Translations under genes and position numbers: made by a program
The notes under the pieces: model-generated
The model's database searches: none
What the model was told of the DNA's origin: nothing
What the model saw: only the letters and a program-made list of their open reading frames with translations
Part shown: one piece after another, positions 12,458-23,968 of the stretch
Layout of the letters: every line of letters begins with the position of its first letter
Position numbering within the stretch: the stretch's first letter is position 1
Source: a virus
Lineage: Duplodnaviria; Heunggongvirae; Uroviricota; Caudoviricetes
IMG/VR virus record: IMGVR_UViG_3300031994_000017
Location: 1-58,022 of that record
DNA length: 58,022 nucleotides
Reading direction: 5' to 3' (one strand)

Positions 12458-12994
12458 ATGGCAAAAGTTCCATTTACAAAATTAAATACAATTAAATCAA
12501 TTCCCGCGCAGGAAATTAGTTTTAATAATTAGAAAATTATAGTTGAACAATATCTTCCACTTTCTCAAAAGCTTGAATTAATTCAAACAGTAATTGAGCT
12601 TTCTGGTAATGGAGAAGAGGGATTTTATAATATTGTAAAACTAAAAACTTATTATACAATTGAAATGCTAAAAGCATATACTAATATTTCATTTACTGAT
12701 AAGTAGCAAGAAGATGTAACTAAATTGTATGATGCTATTGTAATGAATGGTATTTGGGATGCGGTCGCAGAAGCAATTCCGCAATTAGAAAAAGGGTATA
12801 TTTGGGATAATCTTTTAACTATGGCAAGAGAAGTTACTGATTATAATCATTCCGCTTTAGGTATTTTAAAAACTTTAAAAATGGAATATGGAGAAGAAAA
12901 TTTTTCTTTAGAAAAAATTAATGAAATGTTAAATAAATTAAATGATCCAAACGAATTATAGATTATTAAAGCTGCAGTAACTAATTTGGGCTAA
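12458..12994 (+). CDS. Hypothetical protein before tape measure (~178 aa, 3 TAG), possible chaperone
   Basis: ATG after AGGAGG, in frame with the 12725 piece; ends TAA. Confidence 0.65.
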
Positions 12995-13031
12995 TTTTAT
13001 TATTCTTATTTAAATATTTTTTATATTTTAA
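12986..13031 (+). promoter_or_regulatory. Candidate late-promoter motif, copy A
   Basis: TTGGGCTAA...TTTTTTATATTT; ATA starts 37 nt after TTGG. Upstream of the tape measure gene. Confidence 0.5.
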
Positions 13032-13040
13032 TAGGAGTAA

Positions 13041-13080
13041 AATAATGGCAAGAGTATTTTACTCTTGTCATTATTTTTTT
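13041..13080 (+). terminator. Hairpin plus T-run before tape measure (terminator or attenuator)
   Basis: AATAATGGCAAGAGTA-TTT-TACTCTTGTCATTATT stem with one G-U pair, then TTTTT. Confidence 0.6.
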
Positions 13081-13110
13081 AGTTAAAAAGAGAGAAAGGA
13101 GAGTATAGAG

Positions 13111-16100
13111 ATGGCACGACAAATATCTGTTGGTATTAATTTTAATGCTAATATAAATCAAGCTAAAGCTTAGATTGATAAATTAAATCAAAGTTTAGAA
13201 AAAATTAAATCTACTGAAATTATTGTTCAAGGTGGAAGTATTTAGTAGGCAGTATAGTCTGCTAATTAGTTATAGTTAGCTTTATCTAAGGCTGTTAATA
13301 CTTCTACTGGTCGTTTGGATTTTAGTGCTTTATAGTCTAATTTAAAAATGATGAACACAGATGTTTTATCTGTAAGTCAGAATTTATTAAGAATGGGGCC
13401 TGATGGTCAAAAAGCTTTTTCGCAGTTAGGTACCGCAATAGCAACAGCAGAATTGCCTGCGAAGCGTTTGAATTCTACTTTAGTTAATTTTGGAGATACT
13501 TTAATAAGAACTATTCGATGGTAGATAGCTTCTTCTATGATTCATGGTTTTATGAGTTCTGTTAAAAATGCAGTTTCTTATATTGAAGATTTAGATAAAT
13601 CTTTAAATGCAATTTAGCGAGTAACTCAAAAAAGTTCTTTTGAAATGGCAGGTTTTGCGAATTAGGCAAGTGAATTAGCGGCTAATTTAAAAGTAGTTAC
13701 TAAAGAATATACCGATGCTTCTTTAATTTTCTTCCAGCAAGGTTTAGATACTAATGAGGTAATTGAAAGAACTGACGCAACTATTAAATTAGCTAAAGTT
13801 ACAGGGTAGAGTGTATCTGATATTGCAAGTAGATTAACGGCAATTTGGAATAATTTTGATGATGGAACCAAGAGTTTGGAATATTATGCTGATGTTATTA
13901 CTGCGCTTGGTGCTGCTACGGCTTCTAGTTCGGATGAAATTTCTTAGGGCTTAGGTAAATTCGCGGCAATAGCAGATACAGTTGGTTTAAGCTATGAAAA
14001 AGCTACTGCGGCTTTAGCAACTGTAGTAGCAGAAACTCGTTAGAGTGCTGATACAGTAGGTACTGCCTTTAGAACCATTTTTGCTCGTTTAGATAGTTTA
14101 AGCTTAGGTGAAACTCTAGAAGATGGCGTAGGACTTACAAAATATACTGAAGCTTTAGCTAAGGTTGGAGTAAGTGTTTTAAACTAGAAAAATGAATTAC
14201 GGGCTATGGATGATATTCTTGATGACTTAGGAGTTCGTTGGCAAACTTTAGGAGATGCTTAGAAAAGTGCTGTAGCATAGACAGTAGCAGGTATAAGGTA
14301 GTATGCTTAGTTTATTGCTTTAATGGATAATTATCAAGATGTTTTAAAAAATCAAGATATCGCTGAGAATGCCGAAGGGACAATTTAGAAATAGTTTGAT
14401 ATTTATGCTGATAGTATTGAAGCATTAAATAATGAAATAAAAAAAGCTAAATAGGATCTTTATGGGGCAATTTTTAATGGTGATGCAGTAAAAGGTTTTA
14501 AATCTGCTATTTTAGATATTTTAAAAGTTGTTAGAGATATTATTGATGGTTTTGGCGGAGTAAAAGGATTAATAGTAACATTAGGAGCTTTATTATTAAC
14601 TAATTATATGCCTAAAATAGAAGCTGGAATAATTCGTATAGGAACAAATTTGAAAGATTCTTTAAATATTACTAATTTTTAGAGACAAAATACAATTCAA
14701 GAATTAATTAATCAAAATTCGAATAATGTAAATTCTGAAGTAGTTAAAGGAATTTCAGAAGAAAAAAGTGGAGCTTCTTTAGAATAGCAATAGGCTTATT
14801 ACACGGATTTAATGCTTAAAAAAAGAGTTGAATTGGAAGCTATTAGTAGTAATTTAACAGATAAATAGCGAGAATCTTTAAATTTATAGATTCAAGAGTT
14901 AGAAGTATTAAAAGAATAGGCTATTGCGGCTAGAGAAAAGTACGAAAGTGAAAAAAAAGAGGCTGAAGACTATGCTCGAAATTACAGAGCTAAAGAAAAA
15001 ATTGTAGATTTTAGAAAAAATAAAGAAAAAAATTAGTTAATTGAAGAACAGTCTAAACTTAATAGTAGTAGAGGTGGTTTAACTACTGCTAATAATAAAG
15101 TTGAACATGAATGGTAGGTAGCCAAAGGGGAAAAAGGTGCTGCTCAAAGAGCTGTTAATTTAGCCCAAAATGAGGCAAACAGAATTAAACAAGAAGTAGG
15201 CAATTAGAACACACCTGAATTAGAAAAAGCAAGAGAAAATTTGACAGAAAAACTAAAAGTTTTAGCAGAAGCTACAGATAGAGAGTTAGAAGCATCTAAA
15301 AAAGTTTTAATAGCTAAACAAAAATTAGAGAATAATGAAAATGAGCGTTAGAAAATAGAAGAAAAAATGAATGAATTAAATGGCACTAATGGCTCAAAGC
15401 GAATAGAAGAAATGGCGAGTGATATTAGTGCTACTGGTATTAAAGATAATAAATTATGGGATAATACTTAGAAATAGCTAAAAGATAAAGAGACAGAAGC
15501 TTTTAAAGTAGATACTACAACTTTAGCAAAAGCTGGAAAATTAACAGGAGAATTACTTAGTAAACAAAAAATATATAATGGTTTAAGTGAAGATTTAAAT
15601 AAAACTTTAAATTTAAGAAATAAATTAGATACAGATAATATTAAAAATACAAAAGAGCAAGAAAATATACAAAAATAGGTAGGAAAAGAGCTGTAGGCAT
15701 AGTCTGAACGTTTAAAATAGATAAGTAAAGAAGAATAGGGAAGATTAAAAGACAAATTAAGTTAGAGTGAGAACGGCAAAAAAGCTTTAAAAACTTTAGA
15801 AGTATAGTCTACAGGTGAACTAGACTTTTCTAAATTAAAAGATTTAGATGAATCATAGCTTAAGGCTGTTTCAGACGCTTTACATCAAATAAGTGATGAT
15901 GCAGGAGATGCGGCAGAAAAAACTAAAGTCTTATCTCAAGCTATAATTGAAGAATTGGCATAGAAATTAGGAATACCTGAAGCAGAATTATAGGCTTTAG
16001 TAGACAAATACCGAGAAGTCGGAGAAGCAGAAGAAGAAGCAAAAAATAAAGCAATAACTTTTGCTGACGGTTTTGCCGGAGGATTAAATATAGTTTCTGA

Positions 16101-19100
16101 TAGTTTTGGAACTTTTATGTCTGGAGCTTAGAGTGCTATAGGAACTTTTACTAGTTTTTCTATGGGGGCAAAAATGCTTTCCACGGGAGTTAGTTAGTTA
16201 ACTGAGGCTTTTGGAGAAAATGGAACAGCTATACAACGAGTTACATCTATTATGATGATTGCTCGTGGAGCTATGTCTACTTTAAACACAGTTTAGTAGG
16301 CAACTGCTTTTATTTCTAAAATTGTGGCTGCGGCTCGGAAAAAAGAAACCGTAGAAGAAGAAATAAATACTGCAGCTACCACTGTCAACTCAGTTGCTAA
16401 AGTGTTTAATGCCGAGGCTGGAAAAGGACTGGCAGGAGTTATTCTAGCAGTTGTTGCTGCGGCAATTATTGTTTCTACAATAGCAATTGTGGCAAATACT
16501 GTAGCAACTAATAAAAATACCAAAGCTAAGCAGGCCAAGGCAGCTCAAGATGAAAAAAATGCTTAGAGCGCAAAAGAAGCAGCTGAAGCAGATAAATAGG
16601 AATTAGAAGAATTAACACAGCTTAATAATGAATATGAAAGAACCTATGCGATTTATAAAAAAAATAAAGAAAATAAAGAGGATTTAATTGATACAATACC
16701 AGATTTAATTGATAAATTAGAGATAGAAAATGGTTATTTATTATTATAGCAAGAAAGATATGAAGAATTAAATGCGGAAATTGAACATTATTTAGCTCTT
16801 AAGGGAGAGCAAGCTAAAACCTCTGCGGAAAAAAATGTTACTAATGCGACTCTTGATTTGGCTTCTACGGCTGCGGCCAAAGAGGGTGGAGCTCAAAAAG
16901 TTGATGTTGTTAATGATGAAGGCAAAGTTGTAGGATCAGCTATAAGGTTCCCAATTGATGATGCTGAAGAATTAGGATATTTATCTCAATATTTAGAAGA
17001 AAATCCTGTTTAGGGTTGGACTGTTGATAGCGCTGGTTTAGTATTCTATAATAAAGAAAAAAATGCTAAAACCGCAGAAAAAATAAGAGAAATTTATGAT
17101 GGATTTTTTAATTGGATAAAAGATGTAGATAGTGAATTTGTTGCTGCTAATAGTGAATTTGCCAATGTGTTTCATGAAGCAGAAGAAAATGGGGAAATAG
17201 AAAAATTAGAAAGTTTAACTGCGGCAGAAGAGTTAGAATAGGATACTGTTTTAATTAATAGTATAAATAAAAGTAATATAGCACAAAGTGATAATTTTAT
17301 TGATTATACAAAAAAAAGAGCTGAATTATTAAAATAGTATATAATTGAATCGGGAAAAACAGAAGAAGAGGCAGAAAGAGCATTAAATCAATATTTAAAA
17401 GAGCAAGATGCCACTAGAGAATTTGAATAGAATTTTGAAATTTCTCGAGCAAAATCAAAAGAAAGTTCAAAATTGGATTTTTCTTCAGGGCAAATTGAAT
17501 ATGAGTCAGGAAAGTTTCAAGATCTTAATACTTTTTTATCAAATAATAACATGGATGAAGATGAATTTTTTACTCTTTATAGTAAAATACGCTTTGTTCC
17601 AGATGAGGGTTCTTTGGGAGAAAGTATTTTAGAAGCTCGTGAAATGGTAGAAAAAGAAGATATATTGGTAAAGATTGTTCCTAGTGCTGAAGGGGCTTAG
17701 AAGGATTTAAAAGAAGATATGTCTTCTGATGAAAGGACTGCCTATACAGAAAAATATAAAGACACTCTTTTTGATGAAAAATATGGATTAAAAGATGCTG
17801 AGGGTAAAGCTTTAACCGCCTCAGATTTTTGGCAAAAAACATATGGAGAACGAATAAAATTAGTTAATTAGTGGGCAGATAGTTTAGATAAAGTTGCTTT
17901 AAACACAAAGCATATTAATGATTTAGAAAACTAGCAAGCAAGTTTAGAAAAAAATAGAGAAAAAATAATTGAAAAACGTGTAAAAGCAAGAAAAAATGAA
18001 GAATAGGAATATTAGGATAATTTAAAATTAATTAGCGAATTAGAAAATAAAAAAAGTGAATAGAGTAAATAGGGTTATTTTTCGTCTTTGGGCGCCTTTG
18101 AAGGAGAAAATTTAAGAAATAGTTTTTCAGAGGTAATAGCTAATGATATGGATGAAACTAAACTTGCTAAAAAATTATCTAATAGAGCTTTAGGGTATCA
18201 AGTAAATATTTCTGATTTTTAGAATAATAAATTTGTATAGAAATTATTAGCTTCGCCAGTTTTTAGTTAGGAATTTTCTGACGAAAATGGAGAAATTAAT
18301 TGGGATTATTTATTAGATTGGTTAACTGATTATCTAGGAACAAATGAGGAAAATAGAGCAAAAAAACTTGGAGATATCAATACCAGATATTATAATGAAT
18401 TATAGGAAAAATTAGAGAAAGCTTAGTTGAGAAAAGACGAATTAGAAGCTGAGTATCGGCAAGAGGCAGAGAGTGATATTCAAAGAGATATTGATAATAT
18501 TTAGACGGAAATTAATTCTTATGAAGATCAATTAGCAGCTTTAGAAACTGAAAAAAGAGATAAATAGATTGCTGATTTAGATTTAGAAGATGGTGAATTT
18601 GATGTTTATTTAGAAGGTTTAAAATCAATTATACCTTATTAGGAAGATGTTTATAAAAATATTGAAGATTATAATAATGCTATTATAGACACAGCGATAG
18701 CAAATAAACGCATGGAAAAAGGCATTAAAGCTCTTGCTTCTAAATGGGATGATTATGATAAAATTATGTCAGATTCTAATGCCTCTTTAGAAGACTTATC
18801 TACAGTGTTGCCCGGAATAAATGATGGACTTTAGGATATATTAAATTTAGATGATATTGATTTTGAATTATTACCTAAAGATTTTGTTTAGAAGAATTGG
18901 AAATTAATTACTGATGCGGTTAATGGTGTAGAAGGCGCTATTGATGAGTTAAGAGATAAAGCCGGCGAAGAAATTTTATTAAATATTGGAGCAAAAGCAA
19001 ATTGGGATGAAGATATTACCAATACTGTTATGGATTTACATAATACCATTGCCCAATATGATGATATGAATTTTGAAGTTGGAGTAAAAGTAGATCCTTA

Positions 19101-22100
19101 GGATCAAGCAGATTTTTATTAGGCTTGTACGGATTTAGTTAATGCTGCTGGTATGGCCAAAGAACAAGCATAGGCATATTTTGCTTCTATGGGCTATGAT
19201 GTTGAATTGGCAGAAGTTGATACAACTAAACAAACTAATTGGAATGTAAATTGGCCAGAATTAGATGAACAAGCAAGTAAAGATGCGGGTGTGCCAATTT
19301 TTAAGGATAGTACAAAGCATTTAGAAGGTACAAACACAACTGGAGGAAAAGTATTAGCAGTTAAATCAATTACTCCAAATGGTTCTTACGGCGGCGGCAT
19401 AGGCGTAAATACAACCGCTCCTAAAACCGCGGCTCGTTCTGGCAGTGGCGGCGGAGGAGGAGGAGGCGGTTCTCGCTCTAAAAAAGAGCCTAAAAAAGCC
19501 TCTGATGAAATTGAACGCTATCATAAAGTAGATAAAACAATTGATTCACTTTCTAAACAATATGATCATTTAAAGAATGCTCGTGATGCGGCTTATGGAG
19601 CGGATAAATTAGCAGTTATTGATGAAGAAACTAAACTTCTAAAAGAATAGACTGCGGCCGTGCGTGAGCGCGCAAAAGAGGCTGAAAAGTATCTCGCAGA
19701 AGATAGAGCTAATATTGAGGCATTCGGCGCGGTAATTGATGCGAATGGTGTAATCAGTAATTATGATGAAATCATGTAGCGTGAGTTAGATAAACTTAAT
19801 GCCGTTTATGCTAGCTATAACGCAGGTGGCTCTAGTGATGAATTGGTTGAAAAAGCTGAAAAAGATTATGAAGATTTTAAAAAATTAATATCTAAATATG
19901 AAGGTACTTTAGAAACCTATTAGGATGCTGTAGAAGAAATTGCCGCGAAGGTTCGTGAATAGCTTGAACTTGAACTTGAAAAGATTGATGTAACTCTTCA
20001 AATCAAATTAGATATATCGGAAGAAGAAATCAAAAAACTTGATTTTAGACTTTAGCGTTTAGAAGGATTGAATTTCCGCGCGGCTGAGCGCATAGCCGCC
20101 CAGTTTGATAAGCTTGGTGCTTCCTGGGAGCAATTTGGAGAAATATACGAGAGCGCAAAATAGGTATTAACTGCTGGTATTTATGATGATGCTGGTAATT
20201 TAGTTGCTGGTTTGGGGCTAACAAATGATGTAGCTTCTCAGTTACTAAATGGTAATACTGATATTATTGATTCTCTTGGTCTGACAGGTGAAAATAAACA
20301 AGCAGTTCTTGATGCTTTAGACTAGTATCGTGATGATTTAATTAGTCGGTATAGTGATATTGAAAGCGGGCTTGAAGCAATATAGGATGAATATGTCTAG
20401 CAAACTGAAGATTTTATTTCTTAGATTGAAGAATAGACTTCTCGCATTGATAGACTAGGCCAAATGGCGGAAAATATTAAAGATTTATATGGCACTTTTG
20501 GTAAAGAGCTTACTGGTATAAATGCGGATATAATGCGTTCTATAAATCGCACTATTAATAATAATAATATGGCGATGTTGTAGTCTATGCGGTCTGAGCA
20601 AGCGGCTGCGGAAGAAAGATTAAGGGCGGCCCAAGAGCAATTAGCAGAAGCAGAAAGAAATGCTATTTTATTAGGTAATACTCCTGAAAGTGATAGAATG
20701 GTTTAGTTCTGGCGTGAATAGACTACTGAAGCTCAAAGCGCTTTAGAAGATTTAAATAACGAAGTTATAGAATAGGTTAAAACCATTGCTGAAGCTGCTA
20801 AAAATATTTTAATAGATACTATAAAGGATGAATTTAATAGTTTAGGTGAATTAATGTTTGGTATGGTTGGAGAAGATGCTTAGGCTAGTTATGATAGATA
20901 TAAGACTTTAAGTGACGCGACTTTGTAGGATTATTAGAAAATTTATGAATTAAGTAAATTAAGCCGGGCTATTAATAATTCAATTAATGATACAGATAAT
21001 ATAAGAGCTAAAGAAATATTAAGAGACTTAGAACGTGAAATTGTAGATTATCAAGCTGAAGGAGTTGAAATGACTCAATATCAAGTAGATAATTTAAATA
21101 AACGATATGAATTACGATTGGCGGAAATTGCTTTGGAAGAAGCTCAGAACGCAAAAGACCAAGTGCGGTTAGCTCGTAATGCTGATGGTGGTTGGGGATA
21201 TATTTATACTGCCAATAGTGAGAATATAGATAAGGCTCGTCAAGATTATGAAGACAAATTATATGCTTTATAGGAATTAAATAGACAAGCAATTGAAGAT
21301 AGTCAATCTACTTTATTGACGTTGGAAAGTGAATTTAATCAAGCATTACAAGATTTAGCTAATTCAGCTACCTTAACGAAAAAACAAAAAGACCAACAAG
21401 CAGAAGAATTAAGAAAACATTATATGCGTTTAGGTTCTATTAGTGCTTCTACTTTATAGGAAGCTCTAAATTTTAATAATAAGTTATTTGATAGCGATTG
21501 GAAAGATTATAGTGACCGATATGGTTATATACGTTCCGCAGATTAGGATTATGTAGATAAATTTAGTGAAACTTGGTTAGGATAGCACGGAATTGGTGCC
21601 ACTTTAGACTCAGCTACTGAATGGTGGGAACGCTATTAGGATAAAGTAGGAGATTTAAATACTCCGGGTAGCGTTCTTTATAACTTAGGAACTGGATATA
21701 AAGAGTATTTAGATTTCTTGTAGACCGGATTGGAAGCTGCGGGATTAGATAAAAATGGTGATTTTGGCTAGGGCATTTTAGATTAGATGTAGTTGATTCA
21801 GAAGGGCACTGATGAATCGGCGGAAAGCGCTTAGAATTTTGCGAAAGCATGGAAAGATAGTGCGGCTGAGGCTGCTAATGCGGTCGGAAAAATGTAGGAA
21901 AACTTAACCAAAAAGTTATCTAATATGGCTACTTCTATTGAAAATTTAAATGCGGCTATTAAAAAATTAAGGGAAACCTTGGCCGCAGCTAGTTCTACTC
22001 TTTCTAATACTACATTAACTTTACCTACTGCTAGTAATACAACTTATGTCCCCAATTAGGTTAATCCTAGTGGAGATAATGGCGATTAGGGTAGTTCTTC

Positions 22101-22734
22101 CGGAGGCACTTCGGGCGGTCCTCGTGGGTATAGTACTCTTTAGACTGTTAAGTTTGATAGTCCTTGGAATAAAGAAAAGAAAAAAGATACTCTTTCATGG
22201 TATCCAGGTAGTGGTGAAAAGATATTAGAGAAATATTATAACGATAATGAAGAAGCTATGAAAAATTATTTAAATGATAATAAAGTAGGATATACAGTGC
22301 GAGAATGGTGGGAGCAATGGTTAGCCAATAAAGATGTTTTTAAGAAATATATTCAAAAACTTAATCCTGGGGTTTCTTTAGATAGTGGCGGATATACCGG
22401 TAATTTTGGCCCAGAAGGTCGTTGGGCAATACTTCACTAGAAAGAATTAGTGCTTAATGAACAAGATACTAAGAATATGTTAACTGCTGTAAAGCTAGTT
22501 AGAGACTCTTTAAACGCAGTATCCCTTGGTCGCCATTTAGGTGGTATAAAGGCTTATGGTAATTATAATTCTAATCAAAATAATGGTATAGCTTAGCAGA
22601 CTATAAGTATTGAAGCTCATTTCCCCAATGTTGTAGATAGATATGAGATTGAACAAGCCTTTAATAATTTGGCTAATTATGCGGCTCAAAATGCTTATAA
22701 TTTAGATTTTTCTGAAAAAGTAAATATCTTTTAA
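13111..22734 (+). CDS. Tape measure protein (~3,207 aa, TAG-dense)
   Basis: Pieces 16324, 17473, 19189, 21070 and 22258 share the frame from ATG 13111. TP901-like N-terminal region, hydrophobic 16.2-16.55 kb segment, C-terminal DSGGYTG...LH[Q]KELVLN; ends TAA. Spot-checked, not read codon by codon. Confidence 0.85.
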
Positions 22735-22736
22735 TT

Positions 22737-22777
22737 AAAAAGGCCCCTTTGACTTTTATATCAAAGGGGCCTTTTTT
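22737..22777 (+). terminator. Intrinsic terminator after tape measure
   Basis: AAAAAGGCCCCTTTGA / TCAAAGGGGCCTTTTT 16-bp stem. Confidence 0.85.
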
Positions 22778-22824
22778 GGCCCAAATTAACCAATATTCTT
22801 TTTTTATTTTTTATAAATATTAGA
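22776..22824 (+). promoter_or_regulatory. Candidate late-promoter motif, copy B
   Basis: TTGGCCCAA...TTTTTTATAAAT; spacing 37. Directly after the terminator, before baseplate genes. Confidence 0.5.
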
Positions 22825-22850
22825 TAAAGAGAAAAAGGAGGAAAACATCT

Positions 22851-23954
22851 GTGGCTACACAAGAAACTTATTTGGCCTCTTTTGTTGAAGGGATGCGGGT
22901 AACCGCAGAGCGTTTTATTCAAATTGCGCAATTTGATAAAACAATAAATGCCTAGATTATTGAAATTGATAATAATGATGATACTTTATTTTATGTTTCT
23001 ACTACTGGCTGCTCTCGCCTTCCCGTACATAAAGTCATAAATGATAATACTATTTATGTTCCTGGAGATAATGTTTATGTTAATATCCCTGGTGGTGATT
23101 TTAGTAGTCCTGATAAAATAATTATAGGAAAAATTAGTTCTTATAATTATAAAGCTAGTATAAAAACTCCATCAGATTATTTAGTTGATGCCTCAAAAAC
23201 GCTTCAAACTATTGAGAATTTCCCTAACACAGAATGTTATTCAACAATGATAGTTGAATTTGCCCCGATTATCTAGTCTACTGAAGGCGCGATTGGAGTA
23301 AAAGAAGTAATTTTTCCTTACACCCTTACATTTACTGATTAGGAAGGAATTGAAAAATAGATTAAAGGATTATGGTCAACTAGGAATTTATATGGCAATA
23401 TTTTTAATTCTTTTATACCGAATAAGCAGTATATAATTATAAAAGGTTTATCAAATTATCGTAATATAACTTTTAAATGGGAATTAGAGGATATGGACTA
23501 TTATTCCATGACACCTTTAACTTTTGGCGGAAAAGAAATTCCTCAAAAATGTATAGCAAATATTATAAATAATTAGAAGTTTTATTTTAATTATGATATT
23601 GAGGACTTTGATAAACAAGGTTTATTTAATACTTATATTATATTAACTGAAGCTGGTTGTAAATTTTTCCGTTTTATTGATGGTGCTTGGGTAGAGCAGT
23701 CTTCAGATTACTCAGTTGAATAGATGAATAAAGAGGATGCGGAAAAGGGATATACTTGGCGTCTAGAATGGTATTAGCGCAATTTGGGTCTTTTAGAAAA
23801 TGAAATGATTAATTATTTACCATCCTATTGGGAACCTTTAAAAGAAGAGCCAAAAGATTATCATAAAAAATTAGTTTGTTTGGTTGCGGTAAAAGCAAAT
23901 ATTGAAAAAGAAGATAACACAAACCGCAAAGTTTTATATAGTATTTTAGAGTAA
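22851..23954 (+). CDS. Tail/baseplate protein (~367 aa)
   Basis: Not in the ORF track. GTG after AGGAGG, open to TAA if TAG=Gln (VYVNIPGGDFSSPDKIIIGK). Confidence 0.6.
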
Positions 23955-23968
23955 AAGGAGGAAAGAGA

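Noticed and set aside
13662-22228. Alternative-frame and antisense ORFs within the tape measure gene
   Set aside because: All overlap the continuous code-15 frame.
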